A stretch of 44,352 nucleotides of DNA from an uncultured Deferribacteres bacterium (GTDB taxonomy: Bacteria; Zhuqueibacterota; Zhuqueibacteria; Zhuqueibacterales; Geothermadaptataceae): assembly GCA_964014485.1 (NCBI GenBank), contig CAXHAT010000045.1, forward strand, positions 1-44,352, given 5' to 3'. Made by a program: the position numbers and the translations under genes. This document shows, piece by piece, positions 19,104 to 29,051 of this stretch (position 1 is the stretch's first letter; the number at the start of each line of letters is the position of its first letter). Under the pieces are notes generated by a model, which had not been told where the DNA came from, did not search any database, and saw nothing but the letters and a program-made list of their open reading frames with translations.

Positions 19104-22100
19104 ATGCCGAAACGCACAGACGTCAATAAAATCATGATCGTCGGCGCCGGGCCGATTGTTATCGGCCAAGCGTGCGAATTCGATTACTCCGGAACTCAGG
19201 CCACGCGCGCGCTGCGAGAGCTTGGCTATGAAATCGTGCTCGTGAACAGCAACCCGGCCACGATTATGACCGACCCGGAGTTTTCGCATCACACCTACAT
19301 TGAGCCGTTGACGCCGGAAATTCTGACCACCATCATCGAAAACGAACGCCCGGACGCTCTGCTGCCCACGATGGGCGGGCAGACGAGCTTGAATTTGGCG
19401 GTGAATCTCTCGGAATCCGGCGTGCTTGAAAAATACAACGTCGAGCTCATCGGTGCGAAGCTAGGCGCGATCAAAAAGGCGGAAGACCGCGAATTGTTCA
19501 AAGCGGCAATGGACAAGATTGACCTCGAAGTCCCCGTCGGCGGTTTTGCACGTTCCATCGATGAAGCAATGGAATTAATTGGCGAAATCGGTTTTCCCGC
19601 GATCATCCGTCCGTCTTTCACCCTCGGCGGAACAGGCGGCAGCGTTGCGTACAACATCGAAGAATACAAGGAATTGGCCGCGTACGGCATCAGCGCCAGC
19701 CCGATTGGCGAAGTTCTGATCGAGGAATCAATTCTAGGCTGGAAGGAATTCGAGCTTGAAGTGATGCGCGATCTGGCGGACAACGTCGTGATCATTTGCT
19801 CTATCGAAAACTTCGACGCGATGGGCGTGCACACCGGCGACAGCATTACGGTCGCTCCGGCGCAAACTTTGACTGACCGCGAATATCAACTCATGCGGGA
19901 CGCCGCGATCAAAATTATCCGAGAAATCGGCGTGGAGACCGGCGGCAGCAACGTGCAATTTGCGCTGAATCCTGACACTGGGCGCATGGTCGTGATCGAA
20001 ATGAATCCGCGGGTATCACGCAGCTCTGCGCTTGCGTCAAAAGCGACCGGGTTTCCTATCGCCAAAATCGCGGCAAAGCTGGCTGTTGGACTGACGCTCG
20101 ACGAAATTCCCAACGACATCACCGGCGAAACGCCCGCTTCTTTTGAGCCGGTGCTCGACTATGTCGTCGTCAAGATTCCGCGCTGGGATTTCGAAAAGTT
20201 CCCCAATACGGACATTAGCCTTGGCACCCAAATGAAATCCGTCGGCGAGGCGATGGCCATTGGGCGGACGTTTAAAGAAGCGCTGCAAAAAGGACTGCGT
20301 TCGCTGGAAAACGGGCGTTTCGGCCTTGGCGCTGACGGCCAGGATCGATTGGCCGGCGTTTTTGCCGAACTCGAAGCGGGCACTGTGAAGCGCCGCATCA
20401 AGGAAGGCTTGACTATGCCGACCAGCTCGCGGCTGTTTTACGTTCGCTATGCTCTGAAGCACGGCTATTCCGTTGAAGAGATTTATAAACATTCGGGGAT
20501 CGATCCCTGGTTCATTAACCAAATGCAGGAAATTGTCGATTTTGAGGCGATCTTGCGCAAAACAGGCGACGGAATTGTCAAGCAAGAAAATCGCGAGATG
20601 CTCTGGCAAGCCAAGCGATTCGGATTTTCCGATGTGCAGCTTGGTATTTTATCCGGGCTAAAAGAGACCGAGATTAGGGACGCGCGTAAAGCGGCGGGAA
20701 TCACGCCGGTCTATAAAACCGTGGACACCTGCGCGGCGGAATTTGACTCGCAAACACCCTATTTTTACAGCACTTACGAAGAAGAAAATGAAGCGATCCC
20801 CAGCACGAAAAAGAAAATCATTATTCTCGGCGGCGGTCCCAACCGCATCGGGCAAGGCATCGAATTCGACTATTGCTGCGTCCGCGCCGTGCTTGCCCTG
20901 AAGGAAGAAGGTTTTGAAACGCTGATGATCAATTGCAACCCGGAAACCGTCTCTACCGACTACGACGTTTCGGATCGCTTGTACTTTGAGCCGCTGACCT
21001 TTGAAGACGTGATGAACATCATTGATCTGGAACAGCCGGAGGGCGTAATCATCCAATTCGGCGGGCAAACGCCGTTGCGTCTGGCACTACGACTCGAAGC
21101 GGCGGGGGTAAAAGTCCTGGGCACTTCGCCGGACAGCATCGACCTTACGGAAGATCGCGCCCGATTCGGCAAGCTTTTGGATAAACTGAATGTGCGCCAA
21201 CCCGAAGCGGGCACGGCGTTTTCCTTTGATGAAGCAAAAGCCGTTGCCGAAAGAATCGGCTATCCCGTTCTGGTGCGCCCGTCCTATGTTTTAGGCGGAC
21301 GCGCGATGGAAATCGTGTATGACGAAAGTACATTGCGCGAATATATCCGCAAAGCGGCGGACGTTTCGCCGGAGCATCCCATTCTGATTGACAAATTTCT
21401 GGAAGACGCCTTTGAATTTGACGTGGACGCGATCTGCGACGGCGACGACGTGTTCATCGGCGGGATCATGCAGCACATTGAAGAAGCCGGCGTACATTCC
21501 GGCGACAGCTCGTGCATGCTACCGTCCTATAAACTTTCGGACGGAGTCGAGTCGGAGATTCGCGAGCAAACGACGATGATTGCGAAGCGGCTGAGCACAA
21601 TCGGTTTGATCAATATTCAGTATGCGCTAAAAGATGACTTTCTTTATGTGCTTGAGGTCAACCCGCGCGCCAGCCGCACGGTGCCGTTTGTCGGCAAGGC
21701 CACTGGCGTGCCACTGGCCAAAGTTGCGGCGAAAGTCATGGCCGGGCGAAAATTGCGTGAATTTGAGCTCGAAGATTCAGTGCAGCAAGGCTACATTTCT
21801 TGCAAAACCCCGGTCTTTCCATTCATGAAGTTCAAGGGCGTGCCCAATTATCTCGGGCCGGAAATGCGCTCTACCGGGGAAGTCATGGGAATCGGAAAAA
21901 CCTTTGGCGAAGCATTCTCCAAAGCGCAGCTCGCCGCTGGATTTAAATTGCCGCTGTTCGGCGCCGCGTTTATCAGCGTGAACGCTTCAGACAAGGAAGG
22001 CGTTGTGGCCGTCGCAAAGGATTTGAGCGAGTTGGGTTTTGACTTGCTCGCCACTTCAGGTACGGCTCGCGCACTTGAGAGCGCCGGGTTAGACGTGAAA

Positions 22101-22364
22101 AAAGTATACAAAGTCAAAGAAGGTCGTCCGGACATTATCGATCATATCGTCAACGGCGAAGTGCAAATCATTGTCAACACGCCGCTGGGCCGTGACAGCC
22201 GTGAAGACGAATACGCGATTGGACGCAATGCTCTCGCTCGCGACATTCCCTGCCTCACTACCCTCTCCGCCGCCGCCGCCGCTATCGAAGGCATTCGCTT
22301 CATTCAGAAAAACCAGTACATCGTCTACAGCTTGCAAAATTATTATAAAAATGGCTTGAAATAA
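19104..22364 (+). CDS. carB: Carbamoyl-phosphate synthase large subunit
   Basis: MPKRTD...[15 protein letters not shown]; two ATP-grasp halves; [19 protein letters not shown]-terminal MGS domain. Confidence 0.98.
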   Translation: MPKRTDVNKIMIVGAGPIVIGQACEFDYSGTQATRALRELGYEIVLVNSNPATIMTDPEFSHHTYIEPLTPEILTTIIENERPDALLPTMGGQTSLNLAVNLSESGVLEKYNVELIGAKLGAIKKAEDRELFKAAMDKIDLEVPVGGFARSIDEAMELIGEIGFPAIIRPSFTLGGTGGSVAYNIEEYKELAAYGISASPIGEVLIEESILGWKEFELEVMRDLADNVVIICSIENFDAMGVHTGDSITVAPAQTLTDREYQLMRDAAIKIIREIGVETGGSNVQFALNPDTGRMVVIEMNPRVSRSSALASKATGFPIAKIAAKLAVGLTLDEIPNDITGETPASFEPVLDYVVVKIPRWDFEKFPNTDISLGTQMKSVGEAMAIGRTFKEALQKGLRSLENGRFGLGADGQDRLAGVFAELEAGTVKRRIKEGLTMPTSSRLFYVRYALKHGYSVEEIYKHSGIDPWFINQMQEIVDFEAILRKTGDGIVKQENREMLWQAKRFGFSDVQLGILSGLKETEIRDARKAAGITPVYKTVDTCAAEFDSQTPYFYSTYEEENEAIPSTKKKIIILGGGPNRIGQGIEFDYCCVRAVLALKEEGFETLMINCNPETVSTDYDVSDRLYFEPLTFEDVMNIIDLEQPEGVIIQFGGQTPLRLALRLEAAGVKVLGTSPDSIDLTEDRARFGKLLDKLNVRQPEAGTAFSFDEAKAVAERIGYPVLVRPSYVLGGRAMEIVYDESTLREYIRKAADVSPEHPILIDKFLEDAFEFDVDAICDGDDVFIGGIMQHIEEAGVHSGDSSCMLPSYKLSDGVESEIREQTTMIAKRLSTIGLINIQYALKDDFLYVLEVNPRASRTVPFVGKATGVPLAKVAAKVMAGRKLREFELEDSVQQGYISCKTPVFPFMKFKGVPNYLGPEMRSTGEVMGIGKTFGEAFSKAQLAAGFKLPLFGAAFISVNASDKEGVVAVAKDLSELGFDLLATSGTARALESAGLDVKKVYKVKEGRPDIIDHIVNGEVQIIVNTPLGRDSREDEYAIGRNALARDIPCLTTLSAAAAAIEGIRFIQKNQYIVYSLQNYYKNGLK

Positions 22365-22519
22365 TTGTACAGCTCTAGGTCGTGCCCAGCTCAAATGATT
22401 CGCATATTTCAGCGAGCGTGGTAATCGGCTTATCTGCTTTTGTCTTTTGTTAAAACCTTTTAAAAAGCGGGGGACTCTGGAAAATGTACAGAGCTCGGGA
22501 AAGATCGCATCGCAATGGT

Positions 22520-22984
22520 TTAAAAATGATGAAACAAAAATAGCGCTGCGAATAGAACGAAAGCCGTAATCGCGAAAGATGAAATTGTAAAAAATCGAGG
22601 TTTACGATTACGACTTATTCGCGGTTGTTCATTGTTAAATGTATGTATTGCCGCGACATTGATCCGCTCAACATCTGCAATGATCCGATAGCCGCTCTTC
22701 GGAATCGTTTCAATGAACTTCGGTTTGCGCGCCTTATCACCGAATGCCTTTCTGAGTTTTGAAATCGCCTGAGTCAGTCCTTCTTCTCCCACAAACTTGT
22801 TCGGCCAAATCGCGTCGATCAAGAATTCGCGAGTCAACACTTCGCCGGGGCGATCTGCGAGTAAAGTCAGAACCCGCATGACACGAGGCTCCAGTCTTGT
22901 TATTTTCTCACCTGAGCCATTTTTAATCATAACCTGATTTGCCGCGGCGTCGACGACGCAGTCCTTGCCTATTTTAAATCTCAT
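22520..22984 (-). CDS. CadC/ToxR-like winged-helix regulator with C-terminal TM (start uncertain, ORF is open to 23140)
   Basis: LEPRVMRVLTLLA..PGEVLTRE.LIDAIW...LTQAISKLRKAFGD...FIETIPKSGYR; terminal hydrophobic helix. Confidence 0.85.
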   Translation of the reverse strand: MRFKIGKDCVVDAAANQVMIKNGSGEKITRLEPRVMRVLTLLADRPGEVLTREFLIDAIWPNKFVGEEGLTQAISKLRKAFGDKARKPKFIETIPKSGYRIIADVERINVAAIHTFNNEQPRISRNRKPRFFTISSFAITAFVLFAALFLFHHF

Positions 22985-23439
22985 CTTAAAAACCCTTTGT
23001 TTAGAACGAAATGAGCGCTTTTGCTTGGGAGACTCGTTTGCGGAGTGCGATGATTCATCATCGCCTGAGTAACATTCAACCATCCAATACTGAAGCATTG
23101 AACTTCCAAGTTCTCGGGTAGACTCTAAATACCCAATCATTTAAAATCTGTTACAAAATCAAGAAGAAAACAAGGTTTTCGTCAGGACTTTTGCCTGCTT
23201 AAAAGCTTTATTGGACGAGCAGAATAGAATTCACTAGGCGTCTGGAGACCAATTTTCTGCTATTTTCGGCAAAACTTTTCCAAACGTTGAAAACGAAATG
23301 ATATTGTAATCATAGACAAGATTCGAACTCCTGTTTTAAAAACTCTGCGAAGCTCTCCGAACTCAGCATCTCTGCGTTTAGTCTCAAGGTCTGATTGTCG
23401 CTTGCCTATGTTGTGTAAAAATCACCAAAATCATCTGAG

Positions 23440-24831
23440 GTGAAAATGATCCTTTTTGCAAACCGCCGGACGCTTTTGAACATGATCTTGATCGCGTGTG
23501 TTTTTTTTAGCCATGAAATTGTTTTCAGTCAAAGCTCCGGAATAGATGGGAGCAAGCAACGACTCGAAGAAAAAGTCGACGCCTACGTTCGTCCCTACCT
23601 GGAAACAGGAAACTTCAGCGGCTGCATTTTGATCGGAAAATCGGGGGAAGTGCTGCTCAACAAAAGCTACGGCTTTGCCGACCGTGAAAAACAAATACCC
23701 CACACGACGCAAACCAAGTTTCATCTGGCTTCCGCTTCCAAGCCTTTCACCACGGCGGCGATCATGCTATTGGAAGAACGAGGCCTTCTCGAAGTAACCG
23801 ATCCGGTCACAAAATTTGTCGCTGATTTTCGACACGGAGACAAAATCACTATCCACCACCTGATGACGCATTCCAGCGGCATTTCCAACAGCCCTGGACT
23901 CGGCCATTTTTTGGATGAACTGTTTAACCGCTCAAAAACGCCGAAGTCGCTCGTCGCCCAATTTAAGGACGATGACCTGATTTTTGAACCGGGCGAGCGC
24001 TATAGCTACAACAACGCCAACTACCAGTTGCTCGCCTACATCGTTGAACTCGCTTCCGGGCGGAAATTTGACGCCTTTCTCAAAGATAACATTTTTTCGC
24101 CGCTCGAAATGCATGACTCAGGCCACGATTCCGGCGACGGCTCACAACTGGAGCAGAGTGCAAAAGGCTACGCGCCGGTAGGATTAACCGACATAGAACC
24201 GGCGCCTTCGGTGAATTGGACGACCAAGACCGGCAGCGGCTCGCTCTATTCCACCGTGCAAGATATGTACAAATGGGATCGCGGCTTGCATGAAGGAAAG
24301 CTGCTCAAACAAAGCAGTTTGGACAAGCTGTTTAAGAATCATCTTGCCGGATCGGGCTATGGTTGGTTCACGGTTCCGCATCTCAACAGAGAGCGCGTCT
24401 ATATCAACGGCCGCAGCCCCGGCTTTTCTTCCTACCATGTGCGCTATCTGGAAGACAAATTGACGATTATCATCCTGAACAATATGTACAACTCCCTGCC
24501 CACGCCGATGGGAAAAGACATTGCCGCCATCTTCTTTGATGAACCCTACCAGGTTCCCCAATTTTCCGCCGCAAAGTCCCGCCGGGAAGTGATCAACGCC
24601 ATTGTTGGGACGTACCAATTTGGCCCGGATTTTTATCGGCCCAACGGCGCCACGAAAATCTTTGCAAAGGACGGCAACTTGTACACCTCCGAAGGCGGAC
24701 TTCTCGCTACGCCGGACGAGATGACGTTCATCTACCGCAGATACTGGTCAACCTTGACTTTTGTGCGCGGAGAAAACGGCAAAGTGACGCACGTTATTTT
24801 TGATTCCTTCAAAGGCAACAAAGAGAAATAG
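23440..24831 (+). CDS. Beta-lactamase-family (class C/PBP-like) serine hydrolase
   Basis: Signal peptide; LASASK (SxxK); HLMTHSSG; FEPGERYSYNNANY (YxN). Confidence 0.9.
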   Translation: MKMILFANRRTLLNMILIACVFFSHEIVFSQSSGIDGSKQRLEEKVDAYVRPYLETGNFSGCILIGKSGEVLLNKSYGFADREKQIPHTTQTKFHLASASKPFTTAAIMLLEERGLLEVTDPVTKFVADFRHGDKITIHHLMTHSSGISNSPGLGHFLDELFNRSKTPKSLVAQFKDDDLIFEPGERYSYNNANYQLLAYIVELASGRKFDAFLKDNIFSPLEMHDSGHDSGDGSQLEQSAKGYAPVGLTDIEPAPSVNWTTKTGSGSLYSTVQDMYKWDRGLHEGKLLKQSSLDKLFKNHLAGSGYGWFTVPHLNRERVYINGRSPGFSSYHVRYLEDKLTIIILNNMYNSLPTPMGKDIAAIFFDEPYQVPQFSAAKSRREVINAIVGTYQFGPDFYRPNGATKIFAKDGNLYTSEGGLLATPDEMTFIYRRYWSTLTFVRGENGKVTHVIFDSFKGNKEK

Positions 24832-24976
24832 ACCCTATTTTCATAACTCTACACATAGGATCACCAGGAGCCTTCTGGATACTGATGGTCCTGTATTTCT
24901 CTTTCTTCTTCTACTTTGATTTGACCATCCATTCACAATTGTGAACAGAAATTAATCACATATTCCAAATTTCCGC

Positions 24977-25005
24977 TTGATATTCCGCCGCCTTAGCAAT
25001 ACCAT
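24977..25005 (+). promoter_or_regulatory. Sigma70-like promoter upstream of the intI remnant
   Basis: TTGATA-17 bp-TACCAT; flanked by palindromes TTCACAATTGTGAA (24932-24945) and TTCAAT-TATC-ATTGAA (25005-25020). Confidence 0.5.
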
Positions 25006-25054
25006 TCAATTATCATTGAAATAAAAAATTGTGATTGACTCGCGATGGGGAGTT

Positions 25055-25276
25055 ATGTCCGCCGTCCAATCTCAAAAATCCATCCCGCCAAAGCCGAAAC
25101 TTCTCGAACAGGTGGGGTACGACCTACGTGCGAAGCACTACAGAAAGAATACGTTCGTTGTTACCGTGAAAGCGGCGGGCGGCAAATGGAATAAGAAGAA
25201 AAGGCTCTCGGAATTGCCCTACGGCGAAGCTGTTGAACTGAGACTGCAAGATGGGATCATGGAAGAAGTCAATTAA
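25055..25276 (+). pseudogene. intI: Integron integrase N-terminal remnant fused to an unrelated C-terminal fragment
   Basis: KPKLLEQVGYDLRAKHY matches the IntI N-terminal pattern PKLLDQVR..LR.KHYS; no catalytic domain; directly upstream of the attC array. Confidence 0.65.
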
Positions 25277-25366
25277 AATGTTTCCCATATAAGAAATGTT
25301 TTTGGAATTTCTGGAAATGTTTCTTGTATAAGAACTTTTTCGATAAAATTCGCATGGATATAGGCG

Positions 25367-25411
25367 GGATTATGCGGCTCGTGTCCAGCAACATAATCCT
25401 AAGTTAGCCGC
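25367..25411 (+). other. Candidate attI site
   Basis: Core GTTAGCC at 25403 starts cassette 1 with no attC upstream; preceded by inverted repeat GGATTATG (25367-25374) / CATAATCC (25392-25399). Confidence 0.55.
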
Positions 25412-25445
25412 TGATTCGCAGATTATTGATTGAAAAGAGACAAGC

Positions 25446-26480
25446 ATGCCTCGAGAATACTACATTCCGAAACTCAAGCACCAGCTTAAAAGTCTTTACT
25501 GGGTGATCTTCGCTATTGCTCTCAGCAGCATATTTGTGTTACGGAAATTAGATTCGAATCTTGTGATGATTTTCTCCGCTTTGATCTCCTGTTACGTAGC
25601 CTTCGAACTCGCACGCTTTTTTCTGCTGCGAAGTGCACCGTTCAATCTCTCTTCAGACGGGATAGTTTTTCAAAGGAAGGAACGGGTGGAAGAAAAACAC
25701 AGCTGGGCTGAATTCAACTCAATTTGGGAAGAAAAGGATTCCTGGATCTTTGTGAAGTCTTCCGGCAAGAGAATCCGTGTTCGCATGATCGGCTTTGATA
25801 TCGAAACACAGATTGAAATAGCTGAGCGTATTGGTGCGCTGAGACCATCCCCGACTTCAGAAACCAACACCGGAACTGTTCAGAGCCGAGAAATCGTATT
25901 CAAACCCGAGTACGAAAAATCGACTCTGCTTGCCTTCGCTCTCGGCATCCCAATGTTTTCTTTTTTCATAATTTTTCAGTTTGTCACAGGAGTGAGCGAT
26001 CAAGTCACATTCGCTACCATCATGCTTGTAGCGTGCGCAATTCTGGCTCTATTCAACTTCTATCGAAGGATTTCGTTCGGTGACCATATTCTAGTTGAGC
26101 GATACGTCCTAAAGCCTAAAGTCATAAACTATGGTGATATCAAAGATTACAGCATGAGCACCATCATTACAACCAAGGGAAGAATAGCCCTACACTCAAT
26201 GGTCAATAGTGAGCTCGTAATTCAGATTATTGAGCAAAAACTACAGGAAGGGAAAATCTTCGAGGAGCAACTCAGGGGTGAAGTAGCCTTTCAAGAGCTT
26301 GTCGCATGGCGCGCGTCGATGCTCAGTCTTCCAATTTCCTTAGTGATTGTCGCAGTAATGTATACTTTCGACTTATTGCCCAAACACTACAGACTCGAAC
26401 TCGTGTTCATATTAGTACTTATCGTTACATCTGGCGTTTCATACTTGATTTTAAAGTCGAGACAGGAAATGAGTAATTGA
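25446..26480 (+). CDS. Cassette 1: hypothetical multi-pass membrane protein (YcxB/bPH-like modules)
   Basis: 344 aa; TM pairs separated by beta-rich soluble segments, e.g. DGIVFQ...HSWAEFNSIWEEKDSWIFV. Confidence 0.7.
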   Translation: MPREYYIPKLKHQLKSLYWVIFAIALSSIFVLRKLDSNLVMIFSALISCYVAFELARFFLLRSAPFNLSSDGIVFQRKERVEEKHSWAEFNSIWEEKDSWIFVKSSGKRIRVRMIGFDIETQIEIAERIGALRPSPTSETNTGTVQSREIVFKPEYEKSTLLAFALGIPMFSFFIIFQFVTGVSDQVTFATIMLVACAILALFNFYRRISFGDHILVERYVLKPKVINYGDIKDYSMSTIITTKGRIALHSMVNSELVIQIIEQKLQEGKIFEEQLRGEVAFQELVAWRASMLSLPISLVIVAVMYTFDLLPKHYRLELVFILVLIVTSGVSYLILKSRQEMSN

Positions 26481-26491
26481 TCGGATGCTGC

Positions 26492-26626
26492 GGCTAACAA
26501 TCACGTCAACTGGACCCCAAAAAGCTGAGCGCGCATTTCAAATTTGTGAGCATGATGAGCCGACAGAAATAAGTCAAAGTTGAGTACTTCGAGTGTTTTG
26601 GGGCCCAGTTACGAGCACCGTTATGA
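26492..26626 (+). other. attC site 1
   Basis: R'' GGCTAAC-5-L'' CGTCAACT-GGACCCCAAAA ... TTTTGGGGCCC-L' AGTTACG-6-R' GTTATGA. Confidence 0.9.
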
Positions 26627-26667
26627 AACCAGTTATCTGTCCTTGGTAATGAAGGAGCTTAACAAAG

Positions 26668-27279
26668 ATGAATACCGTTCCCCAAATAAGCTGTCCGAGT
26701 TGTGAGCAGTTGAACCCATACACTGCGGCGAAATGTAAGAAGTGTGGTGAAAGCCTGGTTTTTAAAACAGGTCGAGAATCAAAATCTTCGACTACGGATC
26801 AAGTATTGCCCGGTCTAACTTCAACCCATCTCCATTCAAATCTTGGAGTTCAACCGAAGGGCGCGATATCTGGCCCCGGTGCCTCGGTTCAAAAACAAGC
26901 CTCCGCAGCTTGGAATGCTAGGGACTACCAAGCTGCATTGCCGTTATACTCAAAGGTCATTGAGTTGGGTTTAGATTCAGAATATGATATGTCTCTGATG
27001 CATTCTTCCCTTGGTCAAGTTCACATACAGCTTGGGAATATCAGAGATGCTGTTGATCAGTTTCATGCGTGTTTAGCCTTGGAAAATCGAGCTGCACGAG
27101 CAACTTGGCAGGCCCTAATGTATATTTCGTACATATATCAAGCAGCGAAGATGCCCAACGACGCTTCTGCTGCGCTTGAAAAGGCGAGAGAAGTTAATCT
27201 AAATCTGGCACACCGCTCAAATATTAAGTCTGAAGTACATGCGAAGGTTCAACAGTGGTACTCAAGAGGATGTCCATGA
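26668..27279 (+). CDS. Cassette 2: zinc-ribbon + TPR protein
   Basis: AAGGAG RBS; CPSC-x10-CKKC; TPR-like helices YQAALPLYSKVIEL and LGQVHIQLGNIRDAVDQFHACLAL. Confidence 0.75.
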   Translation: MNTVPQISCPSCEQLNPYTAAKCKKCGESLVFKTGRESKSSTTDQVLPGLTSTHLHSNLGVQPKGAISGPGASVQKQASAAWNARDYQAALPLYSKVIELGLDSEYDMSLMHSSLGQVHIQLGNIRDAVDQFHACLALENRAARATWQALMYISYIYQAAKMPNDASAALEKAREVNLNLAHRSNIKSEVHAKVQQWYSRGCP

Positions 27280-27363
27280 GATTTGTCTCCATTCAATGGA
27301 TAAACATGTGAATAATTGGGAACTGTTCCTGCCTTCACGTTCACAGCTCTTCGCCAGTTCGTT

Positions 27364-27495
27364 TCATAACATCTCGTTCGTTTTGACGGCGAAAAGCTGG
27401 GCGCGAATTCAGAGTTTTCGGGTCCGTGAGCGTGTCGTTTTAAAGAATGTTTCGGTGCTCGCTAGTTTCGCCGCAACACAACTTGGCCGTTATCC
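27364..27495 (+). other. attC site 2
   Basis: R'' TCATAAC-5-L'' GTTCGTTT-TGACGGCGAAA ... TTTCGCCGCA-L' ACACAAC-6-R' GTTATCC. Confidence 0.88.
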
Positions 27496-27532
27496 ATGAA
27501 TTCATGTAAGTTTAATCTGGCAGGAGGCCAGA

Positions 27533-28015
27533 ATGGAAAGTTGGATAGGAATTGTAATTGCGAAGAATGAGCTTACGCTAGTTCGTCTCGCTGTATCGGA
27601 GAAACTTGGTCGTGTGGAAGTAGTCGATGATCGAACTCTCAAACTTCAGGCTGGATCACGTGGAGTTGCGTACCGGAAAGCTCAAGAATGGGTGGTCACT
27701 TATCTTAGAGAATTGGGCCCACAAAGGGTAACGATTAAAGGATCTGCTTTACCACGGCAAGGAAGTCCGAAGCTCGGATTGCTGGAAGGGGCTGAGTTCA
27801 GAGGTGCAATAATGGCGGGCATTGTCGAATCCGGTTGCAAATTGGAAGTCTCAAAGAAGGCTAGCTTGAGTAAAAGTTTCGGTGACCGGAAAGTGGATGC
27901 CTATGTGAAAGATGATACGTTTTGGGGTCAAAACTTCACGGGGAAATTGAGAAAGGGAAGTAGAGAAGCAGCATTGATGGCTTACGCGACTGTGCAACGG
28001 CATGGCTCACTTTAG
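27533..28015 (+). CDS. Cassette 3 gene A: RuvC/DUF3010-like RNase H-fold protein, catalytic acids apparently lost
   Basis: AGGAGG RBS; IGIVI strand, PQRVTIK, EGAEFRGAIMAG helix and REAALMAY terminal helix parallel the RuvC layout (by eye). Confidence 0.55.
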   Translation: MESWIGIVIAKNELTLVRLAVSEKLGRVEVVDDRTLKLQAGSRGVAYRKAQEWVVTYLRELGPQRVTIKGSALPRQGSPKLGLLEGAEFRGAIMAGIVESGCKLEVSKKASLSKSFGDRKVDAYVKDDTFWGQNFTGKLRKGSREAALMAYATVQRHGSL

Positions 28016-29051
28016 AAGTACCAACCTAAAAGCGGTGTCTCGGCTGGGCGCAGGTCAATTTGGAACTGTGTATCTTGCCGAAGACCAGTTGCATGGGGCA
28101 GTTGCAGTCAAGTACATTGAAAAGAAGAAGACCGAGCTTGATAATCAGTGGAAGGAACGGAAAGAGAGTTTATTGTCGGAAGGAAATCGGCTCAAAGCTG
28201 CAGAACATGCCAATGTGGTTCAGATTTACGATGTAAGGCAAACCGACGATGGAAATGGAGTATTGCTTGTTATGGAGTACTGTCCAGGGGGGTCATGCGA
28301 GCAGCTTTATAAATCAGGTCCTCTCTCGATCTCTCAGGCCCAGAATATACTCTCTGATGCTGCATTGGGTCTGAAAGCTATACATGCGCGCGGAATGATT
28401 CATCGCGACTTAAAGCCGGCGAATATCCTTATTTCGGAAAATGGCCGGGCAAAGATAGGAGATTTCGGCTTAGTTACAGATGAATTGGTTTATGGCTATG
28501 CTGCCGCCGCTGGTTACTTGGATCATCTAGCGTTTGAATATCACTCGAACCACAAAACAAGTGAAAAAACCGATATCTGGGCGTTCGGGATGACAAGCTA
28601 CCGTCTTTTGCACGGCAGGGCATTTTATGAATCGCTTCCGCGCCCTATCCATCTAATCCCTCACGGAAAATTTGGTTCTTCGCTTCCATGGCTTCCTCAC
28701 ATCCCGATGCAGTGGAGGCGGTTTGTTCGCCGAATGCTCCATGATGACCCAGATGCAAGGGTCACAGATGCTGATAGTCTATTTAGTGAGATCGCAAAGC
28801 TCCCAAATACTCCAGTTTGGGAATGTGATTACTCTGAACAAAAAGTGAATTGGAGTCGAACGAAAAAGAAAAGACGAATAATTGTCACCTGGAATCGACC
28901 TTCAATCAGAAGTCAGACGTGGGAAGCATCTTCCTTCCCTAAAAATAGCGGCCGTGCCAAAAAGCTTGCCGGTTCTTCAAAGAATCTTGGAAAAAGTCAA
29001 GCCACTAAAGAACTTGAATCGTTCTTTAGAAAACACGAAAATACTGGATAA
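28002..29051 (+). CDS. Cassette 3 gene B: Hanks-type Ser/Thr protein kinase
   Basis: GAGQFGTVY, VAVK, LVMEY, HRDLKPANIL, KIGDFGL, DIWAFG; stop codon lies inside attC3 R''. Confidence 0.93.
   Translation: MAHFRSTNLKAVSRLGAGQFGTVYLAEDQLHGAVAVKYIEKKKTELDNQWKERKESLLSEGNRLKAAEHANVVQIYDVRQTDDGNGVLLVMEYCPGGSCEQLYKSGPLSISQAQNILSDAALGLKAIHARGMIHRDLKPANILISENGRAKIGDFGLVTDELVYGYAAAAGYLDHLAFEYHSNHKTSEKTDIWAFGMTSYRLLHGRAFYESLPRPIHLIPHGKFGSSLPWLPHIPMQWRRFVRRMLHDDPDARVTDADSLFSEIAKLPNTPVWECDYSEQKVNWSRTKKKRRIIVTWNRPSIRSQTWEASSFPKNSGRAKKLAGSSKNLGKSQATKELESFFRKHENTG

Noticed and set aside
24930..25050. LexA or CRP box at the intI promoter
   Set aside because: No CTGT-N8-ACAG or GAAC-N4-GTTC; the TGTGA/TCACA spacing is 11, not 6; the palindromes are left unassigned
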